NCBI GenBank assembly: GCA_020720365.1
Contig: DYOU01000005.1
Coordinates: forward strand, 1-62,132
Direction: 5' to 3'
Length of the DNA: 62,132 bases
Source: Candidatus Elulimicrobium sp.
Lineage (GTDB): Bacteria > Omnitrophota > Gorgyraeia > Zapsychrales > Fredricksoniimonadaceae
How positions within the stretch are numbered: position 1 is the first letter of the stretch; each line of letters starts with the position of its first letter. This document shows, one piece after another, positions 35,724 to 46,231 of this stretch. Made by a program: the position numbers and the translations under genes. A model generated the notes under the pieces. The model ran no database searches and had not been told where the DNA came from. It worked only from the letters and a program-made list of their open reading frames with translations.

Positions 35724-36281
35724 TTATTTACCCTCTTTTTTCTCAAAGGGCATCCCTAATGAACGCAGCATATGCAAGTTCTTTTCAGGATTACCGCCTT
35801 TGATCACAATCGAAATATCCATACCCTGCGCTCTGAAATCGCGCCTAGTTACATCAATTTCAGGAAAAATTGAATGCTCCTTAAGGCCAAAGGTATAATT
35901 ACCCTCTTTATCAAACGACTTGACCGGCACGCCATTAAAGTCACGAATACGCGGAAGAACCACATTCATTAACTTATCAAGAAATTCATACATTCTGACA
36001 CGACGTAATGTAACTTTACAGCCGACCGGAGCGTTCTCTTTTAAACGAAAGTTTGATATCGCTTTCTTGGAACGACGGATCGACGGTTTCTGCGCCGTAA
36101 TCATGGCAAGATCAGCCGCTGCGGTATCAAGGATTTTAATATCAGTGATCGCCTCGCCAACACCCATATTCACAACCACCTTCTCAAGACGTGGAACGGC
36201 CATAAAATTCTTAATGCCGAACTTATCTTTCATAGCCTGAAAAACTTCTTTTTGATACTTTTCTAACAATGCCGGTTTCAC
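35724..36281 (-). CDS. rplE: 50S ribosomal protein L5
   Basis: Segments [16 protein letters not shown] and FPEIDV. Confidence 0.95.
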   Translation of the reverse strand: MKPALLEKYQKEVFQAMKDKFGIKNFMAVPRLEKVVVNMGVGEAITDIKILDTAAADLAMITAQKPSIRRSKKAISNFRLKENAPVGCKVTLRRVRMYEFLDKLMNVVLPRIRDFNGVPVKSFDKEGNYTFGLKEHSIFPEIDVTRRDFRAQGMDISIVIKGGNPEKNLHMLRSLGMPFEKKEGK

Positions 36282-36292
36282 TTCAACACCTC

Positions 36293-36604
36293 TTAGATCG
36301 TTTCGCCGCTCTTTTTGCTGACGCGGACTTTAGTTCCGTCCTTTAGGACATTCACTTTTGCGCGAGTAGATTTATTTGTCTTTGGGTCTAAAAGCATAAC
36401 CTTTGAAATATGCAAAGGTTTCTCAACTTCAATATAACCACCCTGGGGATATTGATCGCTTTTCTTGACCGCTTTCTTCAATAAATTAATATTTTCGACA
36501 ACAACTGTTTTCTCCGCTGGAAAAACTTTAACTACTTTACCTGTTTTCCCTTTATCTTTTCCTGAAATCACAATTACTTTATCATCACGTTTAATGCGTA
36601 ACAT
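36293..36604 (-). CDS. rplX: 50S ribosomal protein L24
   Basis: KOW motif IKRDDKVIVISGKDKGKTGKV. Confidence 0.95.
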   Translation of the reverse strand: MLRIKRDDKVIVISGKDKGKTGKVVKVFPAEKTVVVENINLLKKAVKKSDQYPQGGYIEVEKPLHISKVMLLDPKTNKSTRAKVNVLKDGTKVRVSKKSGETI

Positions 36605-36972
36605 TAGACAACCTCTGGGGCTAAAGAAATAATTTTCATGTATTCCAAATTCCTAAGCTCACGCGCTACCGGACCAAACACCCTGGTGCCTCTAGGATTT
36701 CCGACGTCATCAATAAGAACGACCGCATTATTATCAAAACGAACATACGTGCCATCTGGACGACGAATACGCGCCTTTGTACGAACAACAACTCCCTTTG
36801 CCTTCTGGCCTTTTTTGACAGCCGCATCCGGAGTTGATTCTTTTATGTTAACCCTGACAATATCACCAACACCACCTACAAATTTACCTTTGGCATTTAA
36901 AATGCTTATAACAGAAGCCTTACGCGCACCGGTATTATCGGCAACCTGCAAAATACTTTTTAATTGAATCAT
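36604..36972 (-). CDS. rplN: 50S ribosomal protein L14
   Basis: MIQLKSILQVADNTGARK. Confidence 0.96.
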   Translation of the reverse strand: MIQLKSILQVADNTGARKASVISILNAKGKFVGGVGDIVRVNIKESTPDAAVKKGQKAKGVVVRTKARIRRPDGTYVRFDNNAVVLIDDVGNPRGTRVFGPVARELRNLEYMKIISLAPEVV

Positions 36973-37250
36973 GCGGGCACCGCCTCTTTATGTAAATTCT
37001 TCTTCACAACCGCAGTAATAGTCCAACGCTTATCTTTTGAAAGACGGCGAGTTTCCATCATTTCAATAACATCACCCTGCTTAGACATGTTTTGCTCGTC
37101 ATGCGCTTTATATTTCGCATGAAACTTTACCTGTTTAGCATACTTGGAATGAGGCCGCGTTGAGGAAACCTGCACAACACGCGTTTTCTCCATTTTATCG
37201 CTAAGAACAATCCCAATGAGTGTCTTGCGCTTATTAATTCTTTTTTCCAT
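36969..37250 (-). CDS. rpsQ: 30S ribosomal protein S17
   Basis: Segments KRKTLIGIVLSDKMEKTRVV, YKAHDE and SKDKRW. Confidence 0.94.
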   Translation of the reverse strand: MEKRINKRKTLIGIVLSDKMEKTRVVQVSSTRPHSKYAKQVKFHAKYKAHDEQNMSKQGDVIEMMETRRLSKDKRWTITAVVKKNLHKEAVPA

Positions 37251-37440
37251 TGCTCATCTTTCTTTCGTTGATGATCGTCAAAATCTGTGCGACTTCTTTT
37301 TTAATCGCGCTAAAACGAGCAGGTTTTTCAACCTGACCCATACGGCCCTGCTGACGCATATCAAATAATTCCTTTTTTAGGACTTGTTCGCGCTGCGTGA
37401 GTTCACCAATATTGAGGTTTTTCAATTCTTTAATATCCAT
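37234..37440 (-). CDS. rpmC: 50S ribosomal protein L29
   Basis: The segment ELKNLNIGELTQREQVLKKELFDMR, between rplP and rpsQ. Confidence 0.93.
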   Translation of the reverse strand: MDIKELKNLNIGELTQREQVLKKELFDMRQQGRMGQVEKPARFSAIKKEVAQILTIINERKMSNGKKN

Positions 37441-37444
37441 ATAT

Positions 37445-37864
37445 TTACTTTACCTGCTGTCTAATAACAAATTTTGTTCTGATCGGAAGTTTAAAGGCAA
37501 CAAGACGCAAGAGATTCTTCGCAAAATCTTCAGGCACTCCGCTAATCTCAAAAAGAATCCGCCCACGCTTAACCACAGCCACCCAGTGATCAAGATCGCC
37601 TTTTCCTTTACCCATACGCGTTTCAGCCGGCTTCTTTGAAACAGGCTTGTGAGGAAATATATTGATCCAAACCTTACCTGCACCACGTAATTTTCGAACC
37701 ATGGCAACACGACAAGCTTCAATATGATTGGCACGAACAGGGCCATTCTCCAAGGACTTCAAGCCAAACTCACCAAAACTTAACCGGTCGCCTCTCGTAG
37801 AGACTCCCCGACACTTCCCTTTTTGCGCCTTACGATACTTAACTCTTTTTGGCATTATCGCCAT
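37445..37864 (-). CDS. rplP: 50S ribosomal protein L16
   Basis: MAIMPKRVKYRKAQKGK. AGGAG lies 9 nt upstream of the ATG at 37864. Confidence 0.96.
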   Translation of the reverse strand: MAIMPKRVKYRKAQKGKCRGVSTRGDRLSFGEFGLKSLENGPVRANHIEACRVAMVRKLRGAGKVWINIFPHKPVSKKPAETRMGKGKGDLDHWVAVVKRGRILFEISGVPEDFAKNLLRLVAFKLPIRTKFVIRQQVK

Positions 37865-37875
37865 AAAACTGCTCC

Positions 37876-38526
37876 TTAAGCCTCAACTCTCTTCGAATCC
37901 CGAAGAGTATCGCCTTTATAAACCCAAACCTTAACACCGATGCATCCAAAAGTAGTATTGGCCTCGGCAAAACCATAATCAATATCTGCTCGAAACGTTT
38001 GTAACGGGATCTTCCCGACATGATACTTTTCGCGTCTTGCGATCTCGGCTCCATCCAAACGTCCTGACACAATGATCTTGATCCCCTTACCACCTGCCTG
38101 TATAGTCTGTTCCACCGCACGTTTCATGGCACGTCTGAATCCAACACGTTTCTCCATTTGAAATGCAACACTTTGCGCCACTAATGTCGCATCAACGGCC
38201 GGATTTTTAATTTCCTTAATATCTACACTGATTTCCTTTGTTGTTATCTTCGCAAGATCTGCGCGAAGACGATCAATATCTGCTCCACGACGACCAATGA
38301 TAACACCAGGACGCGCAGAGGCAATCCGGATCTTTATCGTAGCCGCAAGCCGTTCGATCTCAACAGAAGAAACAGCCCCCTGAATAAACTTCTTTTTAAT
38401 ATATGTGCGGATCTTATGATCCTCAATAATATTATTGGCATAGTCTTTAGGATCTGCAAACCAAAGACTGCTCCAGTTCTTATTAATTCCGATTCTTAAT
38501 GCGATAGGAGAAACTTTTTGTCCCAC
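37876..38526 (-). CDS. rpsC: 30S ribosomal protein S3
   Basis: MGQKVSPIALRIGINKNW, with KH and S3-C domains. Confidence 0.96.
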   Translation of the reverse strand: MGQKVSPIALRIGINKNWSSLWFADPKDYANNIIEDHKIRTYIKKKFIQGAVSSVEIERLAATIKIRIASARPGVIIGRRGADIDRLRADLAKITTKEISVDIKEIKNPAVDATLVAQSVAFQMEKRVGFRRAMKRAVEQTIQAGGKGIKIIVSGRLDGAEIARREKYHVGKIPLQTFRADIDYGFAEANTTFGCIGVKVWVYKGDTLRDSKRVEA

Positions 38527-38540
38527 GTCAGCTGCCCTCT

Positions 38541-38876
38541 TTATTTTTTCTTTAGATCCAACTCAATAGTGATATGTGATGTCTTTTTCAAAATCTCGCT
38601 AGCACGTCCAAATGAAGCCGCACGAAACCGTTTCCATACGGAACCCTGATCTGCAACGATCTTGGAGACAATCAACTGGTCTTCCGTAAGACCTTTCTGC
38701 TTCGCGTTAGCTACCGCTGAATGCAGCACCTTGACAACTTTTTCTTTCACAGGCTTATTTAAATGTTCCAATATAGATATAGCAACCGGAACACTCTTTC
38801 CACGAATAAGGTCTATGACCTGTCTGACTTTTGTCGGAGAAACCCTCTGATGACGACCTTTTGCTTGTGCAATCAT
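38541..38876 (-). CDS. rplV: 50S ribosomal protein L22
   Basis: The segment RVSPTKVRQVIDLIRGK. Confidence 0.95.
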   Translation of the reverse strand: MIAQAKGRHQRVSPTKVRQVIDLIRGKSVPVAISILEHLNKPVKEKVVKVLHSAVANAKQKGLTEDQLIVSKIVADQGSVWKRFRAASFGRASEILKKTSHITIELDLKKK

Positions 38877-38890
38877 TTTTAACCCTTTAA

Positions 38891-39178
38891 TTATTTCTTC
38901 GTAACGGCTTTCTTCGCTTTTACGCCGCCATGCTGTTTAAACGTACGTGTCGGGACAAACTCTCCAAGCTTGAATCCAACCATGTGCTCAGTTATAAAGA
39001 CCGGAACATGTTTCTGTCCATTGTGCACAGAAAAAGTATATGTCACAAAATCAGGTGTAATCGTTGAACGGCGTGACCATGTTTTTATCGGCTGACGCTG
39101 ACCTGAAGAAACCATCTTGTCAAAACGACGCTTCAAGGATTCATCAACAAAAGGTCCCTTAGAAATAGAACGTGCCAT
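38891..39178 (-). CDS. rpsS: 30S ribosomal protein S19
   Basis: [12 protein letters not shown] and the segment [24 protein letters not shown]. Confidence 0.96.
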   Translation of the reverse strand: MARSISKGPFVDESLKRRFDKMVSSGQRQPIKTWSRRSTITPDFVTYTFSVHNGQKHVPVFITEHMVGFKLGEFVPTRTFKQHGGVKAKKAVTKK

Positions 39179-39180
39179 AA

Positions 39181-40020
39181 TTACTTCGTCCTTCTCTTAA
39201 TAATTAACTGATTTGAATACTTACGCTTCGAACGCGTCTTGAAACCCTTGGTCTTCCATCCCCACGGTGAAACAGGATGAGGATTACCTTGAGGCGTTTT
39301 ACCTTCACCGCCACCATGAGGATGATCCACTGGATTCATAACAACACCGCGAGATTGAGGACGAATCCCCTTCCAACGATTGCGACCGGCCTTACCAATT
39401 GACTGGGAGCCATGTTCTACATTGCCGAGCTGTCCGATAGTCGCACGGCAATTAATAAGAACTTTACGCATTTCACTAGAAGGAAGACGAACGATCGCGT
39501 AATCTCCTTCTTTACCCAATAATTGAGCTGACGTACCTGCTGAACGAACAATCTTTCCGCCCTTACCAGGTTTTAATTCAATATTATGAACAGCCGTTCC
39601 CATCGGAATCTTGGCTAAAGGTAAGGCATTACCAGGGTGTATGTCAATGTTATCCAAATTACTGCTGATAACAACATTGCCGACCTTTAAGTCAACCGGA
39701 GCTAATATATAACTTTTAACCTTATCGCTTTGATACTCGATCAAAGCGATACGACATGTCCGATTAGGGTCATACTCAATCCCTAGGACAACAGCAGGAT
39801 CATCAAATCTTGTCCGCTTAAAATCAATCAAACGATACATTTTTTTATGTCCACCGCCCTTATGACGCGATGTAATACGACCATTATTATTACGGCCGCC
39901 AGTCCTCTTAAGAGGCTCTAAAAGAGACTTCTCAGGTTTGTGTTTAGTAAGTTCTGCGAAATCAACTAAAGCCGCATGCCTTACACCGTTCGTTGTTGGT
40001 TTAAATCTTTTGATACCCAT
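39181..40020 (-). CDS. rplB: 50S ribosomal protein L2
   Basis: Segments [17 protein letters not shown] and [13 protein letters not shown]. Confidence 0.97.
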   Translation of the reverse strand: MGIKRFKPTTNGVRHAALVDFAELTKHKPEKSLLEPLKRTGGRNNNGRITSRHKGGGHKKMYRLIDFKRTRFDDPAVVLGIEYDPNRTCRIALIEYQSDKVKSYILAPVDLKVGNVVISSNLDNIDIHPGNALPLAKIPMGTAVHNIELKPGKGGKIVRSAGTSAQLLGKEGDYAIVRLPSSEMRKVLINCRATIGQLGNVEHGSQSIGKAGRNRWKGIRPQSRGVVMNPVDHPHGGGEGKTPQGNPHPVSPWGWKTKGFKTRSKRKYSNQLIIKRRTK

Positions 40021-40022
40021 TG

Positions 40023-40301
40023 TTAAGCTACCTCGATCTTGCTACCTTCTTTAAGTGTGACTGTCGCTTTTTTCCAATCAGATGTATAGCCAACTCTCTG
40101 ACGAACACGCTTCTTTTTGCCAGGAACATTAGTTACATTAACTGCTTGAACTTTAACTTTATAAATCTCTTCCACAGCTTTCTTAATATCAGGCTTTTGT
40201 GCATCAGTTGCCACTTTAAAAACATACTGACGTGCCTTTTCAAGCCCTGTGCTCTTTTCCGTGCGTAAAAGTGTTTCGATAATATCGTAACTTGTGATCA
40301 T
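40023..40301 (-). CDS. rplW: 50S ribosomal protein L23
   Basis: The segment [13 protein letters not shown] and its position between rplD and rplB. Confidence 0.94.
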   Translation of the reverse strand: MITSYDIIETLLRTEKSTGLEKARQYVFKVATDAQKPDIKKAVEEIYKVKVQAVNVTNVPGKKKRVRQRVGYTSDWKKATVTLKEGSKIEVA

Positions 40302-40921
40302 TGTAATCTCTTCAGGATTTTTTCCATCGCGGACTTTGTAACCACGATCTTGTTATTCTTAAGCACGTCCAAAGCATTAACCTCTGCCGGCTTTACCAAT
40401 TGAACATTTGACACATTACGAGAAGCTAGCGTAACTTCTTTGCTACAACCATCAAAAAGAGCTAAAACCTTTTTACCGCTCACTTTAAGGTTTTTTAGGA
40501 CAGCCACAAAATCCTTTGTCTTTCCCGATTTTAATTCAATAGAATCAATGCAACACAATGATTCAATATTAAATTTTGTTTTCAAAGACTCTCTAAGAGC
40601 CGCAACTCTGACCTTCTTAGGAACAACATAACTAAAATCACGCGGGTGCGGTCCGAAAACAATACCACCATGACGCATTAAGGGAGATCGGCTAGAACCC
40701 TGACGCGCTCTACCCGTACCCTTTTGACGAAAAGGCTTTTTATTACCACCGGAAATTTCAGAACGAATCTTGGTGTCAGCGTTACCTTGTCTTTCATTAG
40801 CCTGATACATAACAACGGCCTGATGAATGACATCTGAGTTAACTTTCTCCCCAAAGCTTTCAGGAAGATCCATTGTCCCAGTTTCTTTACCTTCAATATT
40901 ATATATAGTTAACTTAGGCAT
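40298..40921 (-). CDS. rplD: 50S ribosomal protein L4
   Basis: The segment GGNKKPFRQKGTGRARQGS. The ATG at 40921 (MPKLTIYN) is preceded by GAAGGA. The ORF-track start at 40933 is a GTG. Confidence 0.94.
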   Translation of the reverse strand: MPKLTIYNIEGKETGTMDLPESFGEKVNSDVIHQAVVMYQANERQGNADTKIRSEISGGNKKPFRQKGTGRARQGSSRSPLMRHGGIVFGPHPRDFSYVVPKKVRVAALRESLKTKFNIESLCCIDSIELKSGKTKDFVAVLKNLKVSGKKVLALFDGCSKEVTLASRNVSNVQLVKPAEVNALDVLKNNKIVVTKSAMEKILKRLQ

Positions 40922-40942
40922 TACATCCTTCACTTTGCTCTA

Positions 40943-41650
40943 TTACGCTTTACCCTTAGCCTTAGCTTTGGCCTGTTTCATCGGGTTACGCTTATGGATA
41001 ACAATTTCCTTCTTCTCGTCAAATGAACGGTACGCCTTCTTAAACGAACGTTCAATTGAAACCAAACCATTCTTACAACCAGGAATAGCGCCCTTGACCA
41101 ACATTAAATTCTGCTCAAGATCAATATGCATTACGCGAAGACTATGAACTGTTACTTTCACATCACCCATATGCCCTGGCATTGTCTTTCCACGCAGAAC
41201 CCGCCCTGGATATGTATTGGCACCAACTGAGCCGATCCGACGATGATGCATAGAACCATGACCGCCCGGACCACCACCCCAATTATGACGCTTCATACCA
41301 CCCTGAAAACCTTTTCCGATAGATGTCCCACTGACATTCACAAAATCGCCTGGACGAAAGAAGTCTGCCGAAATCGTCTGGCCCGGTGTATACGGAGTAT
41401 TGTCTGTTGACTTGAACTCCCTTACCGTGCGCAGGGCAGGGACATTAACTTTCTTGAACAATCCAAGCCGTGGCTTTGTGCAATTCTTTTCCTTGATTTC
41501 ATCGAATCCAAGAACGACCTTTTTAGGCTGCTCTTTAACACCAAGAACAAAACAAGGGCCAACTTCAATAGCTGTCACGGGGACAACATTGCCCTCTTTA
41601 TCAAAAAACTGTGTCATTCCAATCTTCTTACCCAACAAACCGCTGATCAT
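40943..41650 (-). CDS. rplC: 50S ribosomal protein L3, with a basic C-terminal tail
   Basis: Segments MISGLLGKKIGMTQFF and GKGFQGGMKRHNW. The tail reads ...KQAKAKAKGKA. Confidence 0.96.
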   Translation of the reverse strand: MISGLLGKKIGMTQFFDKEGNVVPVTAIEVGPCFVLGVKEQPKKVVLGFDEIKEKNCTKPRLGLFKKVNVPALRTVREFKSTDNTPYTPGQTISADFFRPGDFVNVSGTSIGKGFQGGMKRHNWGGGPGGHGSMHHRRIGSVGANTYPGRVLRGKTMPGHMGDVKVTVHSLRVMHIDLEQNLMLVKGAIPGCKNGLVSIERSFKKAYRSFDEKKEIVIHKRNPMKQAKAKAKGKA

Positions 41651-41671
41651 AGCTAATAACCGATTTTATAA

Positions 41672-41974
41672 TTATTGTTTAATTTCCACGTCCACGCCTG
41701 CAGGTAAATTCAGCTTCCTAAGCGCCTCGACCGTCTTTGAAGTAGGGTCAATTAAATCAATGAGCCGCTTATGAGTTGCCAAACTGAACTGCTCTCGGGA
41801 CTTCTTATCGATGACCGGTGAACGAAGAACTGTATACAACTCTCTCTTCGTCGGTAACGGCACTGGACCACAAACCTTCGCGCCGGTACGTATTGCCGTT
41901 TCAACAATTTCTTGAGTCGACTGATCTATCAGTCGATGATCATATGCTTTGAGTTTAATCCTTATTTTCTGCAT
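41672..41974 (-). CDS. rpsJ: 30S ribosomal protein S10
   Basis: [19 protein letters not shown]. Confidence 0.96.
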   Translation of the reverse strand: MQKIRIKLKAYDHRLIDQSTQEIVETAIRTGAKVCGPVPLPTKRELYTVLRSPVIDKKSREQFSLATHKRLIDLIDPTSKTVEALRKLNLPAGVDVEIKQ

Positions 41975-42004
41975 GTGCCTTCTACTGCTTTTTTGAAGTT
42001 ATAG

Positions 42005-43198
42005 TTATTCAATAATCTCGCTTACAACACCAGCACCTACCGTCTTACCACCCTCACGGATAGCGAAACGCAATTCTTTTTCAAGCGCAACGGGGACGAT
42101 CAGCTCAACTGTAAGCTGGACGTTATCGCCAGGCATGCACATCTCAACACCTGCTGGAAGCTCTGTTGCACCGGTAACGTCTGTTGTTCTAAAATAGAAC
42201 TGAGGACGATATCCCTTAAAGAACGGTGTATGACGTCCGCCCTCTTCCTTTGTCAAGATATAAATAGAACACTTAAACTTCTTATGGGGCTTAATGCTAC
42301 CGACAGCCGCCAAGACCATTCCGCGTTCAATCTTTTCTTTATCCACACCACGAAGTAATAAACCCACGTTATCACCCGCCTGGCCTTCTTCTAATTCCTT
42401 ACGGAACATTTCAACGCCAGTAACAGTTGTCTTACTGATCTCAGGACGAAGACCAACAATATCGGCATCCTGACCAACTTTTACAACACCACGGTCAATA
42501 CGACCCGTAGCAACTGTACCACGGCCAGAGATTGAGAAAACGTCTTCAACGGCCATCAAGAAAGGCTTGTCGAGTTCACGAACAGGCTGCTGAATCCAAG
42601 CATCCACGCCGGCCATCAAATCAATAATACATTTGGCTTTACCAGCTGTGTCTTTGGGATTATTCAACGCATCAAGCGCTGAACCACGAATGACCGGTGT
42701 GTTATCTCCATCATATTTATACTTTGTCAAAAGATCTCGAACTTCCATCTCAACAAGATCCAGAAGCTCCGGATCTGCCATGTCACATTTATTCAAGAAG
42801 ACAACGATACGAGGCACGTTAACCTGACGAGCTAAAAGAATGTGCTCACGTGTTTGAGGCATTGGGCCGTCCGCAGCAGACACAACAAGGATTGCGCCAT
42901 CCATTTGAGCCGCACCAGTGATCATGTTCTTAATAAAATCTGCGTGGCCTGGGCAATCGATATGCGCATAGTGACGCGCTTCTGTCTGATATTCTAAGTG
43001 AGCAATATTAATGGTTACGCCGCGCGCTTTTTCTTCAGGCGCATTATCGATCGAATCATACGCACGTGCTGAAGCAAGCCCCTTTTCGGCGAGCACTGTG
43101 GTGATCGCAGAAGATAAAGTTGTCTTACCATGATCAACGTGACCAATGGTTCCAATATTCAAGTGCGGTTTATTTCTTTCAAATTTTTCTTTAGCCAT
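42005..43198 (-). CDS. tuf: elongation factor Tu
   Basis: G motifs [18 protein letters not shown] and NKCD. Length is 397 aa. Confidence 0.98.
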   Translation of the reverse strand: MAKEKFERNKPHLNIGTIGHVDHGKTTLSSAITTVLAEKGLASARAYDSIDNAPEEKARGVTINIAHLEYQTEARHYAHIDCPGHADFIKNMITGAAQMDGAILVVSAADGPMPQTREHILLARQVNVPRIVVFLNKCDMADPELLDLVEMEVRDLLTKYKYDGDNTPVIRGSALDALNNPKDTAGKAKCIIDLMAGVDAWIQQPVRELDKPFLMAVEDVFSISGRGTVATGRIDRGVVKVGQDADIVGLRPEISKTTVTGVEMFRKELEEGQAGDNVGLLLRGVDKEKIERGMVLAAVGSIKPHKKFKCSIYILTKEEGGRHTPFFKGYRPQFYFRTTDVTGATELPAGVEMCMPGDNVQLTVELIVPVALEKELRFAIREGGKTVGAGVVSEIIE

Positions 43199-43228
43199 TT
43201 CTATTCCTCCCTTTTATCTATCTCGAAT

Positions 43229-45331
43229 TTATATCTTTCGTCTATTAATAAATTCCTGACGTGAACCAATGATCTTCTCTGCCAACATATTCGGAACCTG
43301 AGCGTAATAAGAAGGCTCCATAGAAAAACTTGCACGTCCCTGCGTTAAAGACCTCAACGCATTGGCATAGTTGAACATTTCTGCCAATGGGACATCTGCA
43401 CGTGCTGTCTTTAATACACCAATATTACCTAACTCCGTAATTTTCGCACGACGCGTATTCAAATCACCAATACAAGAACCCATGAACTCTTCAGGGCAAC
43501 AAATTTCAACAGACATGATCGGTTCTGTAAAAACAGATCCTGCTTTAACTAATGCATCCTTAAGCGCATACTTTGCTGCCATTTGAAAAGCAATATCACT
43601 CGAGTCAACATCATGATAAGAACCATCCACAAGAGTAACGACTATATCGGCAACAGGGTATGCCGCAAGAACACCATTTAAAGCCTGTGACTTAATACCC
43701 GTTTCAACCGACTTAATAAACTCACGCGGGATTGATCCACCGCGAATTGCATCAACAAATTTAACACCAACACCTTTTTCACCAGGCTCAATATCAATAA
43801 CAACATGGCCATATTGCCCACGACCACCGGACTGTGATATGTGTTTACCTACCACGTCCTTGGCTTTACGCGTAATTGTTTCTTTATAAGCAACCTGTGG
43901 ACGGCCAATATTAGCCTCGATCCCATGTTCACGACGCATGCGATCAATAATAATTTCCAAATGCAACTCACCCATTCCAGAAATAATCGTCTGGGATGTT
44001 TCCTGATCATATTCACACTTCAAGGAAGGATCTTCATCCAGGAACTTCTTGAGAGATATGCCCAACTTATCCTGATCGGCTTTTGACTTAGGTTCGAGCG
44101 CCATCGAAACAACAGGTTCTGGAACTTTCATATTTTCAAGAACAATGGGCGTTTCTTCGTTGCAAAGTGTATCACCATTCTTAGTTTCTTTCAAGCCCAC
44201 AAGCGCAACGATCTCCCCAGCACCAGCTTTAGCAACAATTTCTTGCTTAACAGCGTGCATCATAACAATTTTAGAAATTCGCTCTCTCTTGTCGCGCGTG
44301 CTGTTCAAATACGTTTCACCAGCAACAATAACGCCTGAATAAATACGCGTAAAGAATAATTTCCCGACATACGGATCAGACATAATCTTGAAAGACAACG
44401 CGGATAACGGCTCACTATCCGAAGGCTTACGCTCAATGATTTCATCTTTATAAGGATGTTTTCCCTTAACAGGAGGAACATCTAACGGTGACGGAAGAAA
44501 ATCGGTGACTGCATCAAGAACAAGCTGAACGCCTCTATTTTTTAAGGCCGTACCAGAAAGGACCGGCAGGAATTTAGCCTTCAAAACGCCACGACGAATC
44601 CCTGCTTTCAGTTCTTCAACCGTAACAGGCTCTTCATTAATATATTTTTCCATGATAATGTCATCGGCTTCTCCAACTTTCTCAAGAAGCGTATGACGAT
44701 ACTTATCTGCTTTTTCTTTGAATTCTGCAGGGATCTCATCGATCTTGACTTTGAAACCTTCCGCATCTTCGTAGGTTACATACTTCATTGTAACTACATC
44801 AATAATACCTTTAAATTTATCTTCATGCTGATCGGGAAAATTAATAGCTGCCGCATTTGCTCCCAAACGGTCATAAATCTGTTGAAGAACCCTGTCAAAA
44901 TCAGCACCTAAACGATCCACCTTATTAATGAAGGCAATACGCGGGACTTTATAACGATCAGCCTGACGCCAAACGGTCTCAGTCTGAGACTGAACACCAG
45001 ATGTCGCACAAAGGACAATAACGGCACCGTCAAGAACCTTCAATGAACGTTCGACTTCAACAGTAAAATCAACGTGGCCTGGAGTATCAATAATATTGAT
45101 CTTGAAATTCTTCCAAAATGTCGTAGTATTTGCAGCAGTGATCGTGATCCCACGCTCTTTCTCCTGCTCCATCCAATCCATAACTGTATTACCCTCATCA
45201 ACAGTACCCATCTTATGGATAACACCTGTATAGAAGAGTATACGCTCGGTGGTGGTTGTCTTACCAGCATCAATATGAGCAATAATACCAATATTTCTAA
45301 CTTTATCTAAAGGGACTTGTTCTACGGCCAT
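43229..45331 (-). CDS. fusA: elongation factor G
   Basis: Motifs [25 protein letters not shown] and NKVDR. Length is 700 aa. Confidence 0.98.
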   Translation of the reverse strand: MAVEQVPLDKVRNIGIIAHIDAGKTTTTERILFYTGVIHKMGTVDEGNTVMDWMEQEKERGITITAANTTTFWKNFKINIIDTPGHVDFTVEVERSLKVLDGAVIVLCATSGVQSQTETVWRQADRYKVPRIAFINKVDRLGADFDRVLQQIYDRLGANAAAINFPDQHEDKFKGIIDVVTMKYVTYEDAEGFKVKIDEIPAEFKEKADKYRHTLLEKVGEADDIIMEKYINEEPVTVEELKAGIRRGVLKAKFLPVLSGTALKNRGVQLVLDAVTDFLPSPLDVPPVKGKHPYKDEIIERKPSDSEPLSALSFKIMSDPYVGKLFFTRIYSGVIVAGETYLNSTRDKRERISKIVMMHAVKQEIVAKAGAGEIVALVGLKETKNGDTLCNEETPIVLENMKVPEPVVSMALEPKSKADQDKLGISLKKFLDEDPSLKCEYDQETSQTIISGMGELHLEIIIDRMRREHGIEANIGRPQVAYKETITRKAKDVVGKHISQSGGRGQYGHVVIDIEPGEKGVGVKFVDAIRGGSIPREFIKSVETGIKSQALNGVLAAYPVADIVVTLVDGSYHDVDSSDIAFQMAAKYALKDALVKAGSVFTEPIMSVEICCPEEFMGSCIGDLNTRRAKITELGNIGVLKTARADVPLAEMFNYANALRSLTQGRASFSMEPSYYAQVPNMLAEKIIGSRQEFINRRKI

Positions 45332-45382
45332 CTATTCTTATTCCTTAATATTCTACGATTCAATATAATATATAATCTACGA

Positions 45383-45853
45383 TTACCACCGGAAATGACT
45401 GAAGGCTTTATTGGCTTCGGCCATCTTATGCGTTTCATCGCGCTTCTTGATCGCCGCACCTTCTTGCTTATAAGCCGCAATCAACTCATCTGCAATCTTA
45501 TTTAACATCGGCTTACCCTTCTTCTTACGGGCAAAATCGCGAACCCAACGCAATGCCAACGAAGTACCACGAAGTGAGGACACATCCACGGGGACTTGAT
45601 AAGTCGCACCACCAACCCTACGCGCCTTTAACTCTACTTTAGGACGAACATTATCTATAGCTTTGCTGAAAGCTTTAAGTACAGGCTCTTCAGGAAGCTT
45701 TTCCTGCATGATTTCCAATGCTCCGTACACCACTCTCTCAGCAACCCCCTTTTTCCCCTCTTCCATAATAACATTGATGAAACGGGAAACTAACTCACTG
45801 CTGTGCTTAGGATCAGGAGTAACTAATCTTTTATCTGCGCGTCTTCTTCTCAT
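45383..45853 (-). CDS. rpsG: 30S ribosomal protein S7
   Basis: MRRRRADKRLVTPDP and the C-terminal segment AFSHFRW. Confidence 0.96.
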   Translation of the reverse strand: MRRRRADKRLVTPDPKHSSELVSRFINVIMEEGKKGVAERVVYGALEIMQEKLPEEPVLKAFSKAIDNVRPKVELKARRVGGATYQVPVDVSSLRGTSLALRWVRDFARKKKGKPMLNKIADELIAAYKQEGAAIKKRDETHKMAEANKAFSHFRW

Positions 45854-45856
45854 AAA

Positions 45857-46231
45857 TTACGACTTCGCTTTCTTAGTTCCATATTTAGATCTGGACTTCT
45901 TGCGGCCGCTAACGCCAGAAGCGTCAAGCGTGCCACGCACCGTGTGATAACGCACGCCGGGTAAATCTTTAACACGACCTCCACGGACCAGAACAATCGA
46001 GTGCTCTTGAAGATTATGCCCTTCTCCAGGGATATAACTTGTCACTTCAAACTTATTAGAAAGACGTACACGAGCGATCTTGCGTAAAGCTGAGTTCGGC
46101 TTTTTCGGCGTCATCGTCTTCACTTGAATGCATACGCCTCTTTTTTGAGGACATGCGTCAAGAGCCGGTGACTTACTCTTGTTAGGACTCTGCTGCCTGC
46201 CCTTGCGAATCAACTGCTGTATTGTCGGCAT
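45857..46231 (-). CDS. rpsL: 30S ribosomal protein S12
   Basis: [12 protein letters not shown] and the segment [10 protein letters not shown]. Its start lies 50 nt inside the rpoC 3' end. Confidence 0.97.
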   Translation of the reverse strand: MPTIQQLIRKGRQQSPNKSKSPALDACPQKRGVCIQVKTMTPKKPNSALRKIARVRLSNKFEVTSYIPGEGHNLQEHSIVLVRGGRVKDLPGVRYHTVRGTLDASGVSGRKKSRSKYGTKKAKS

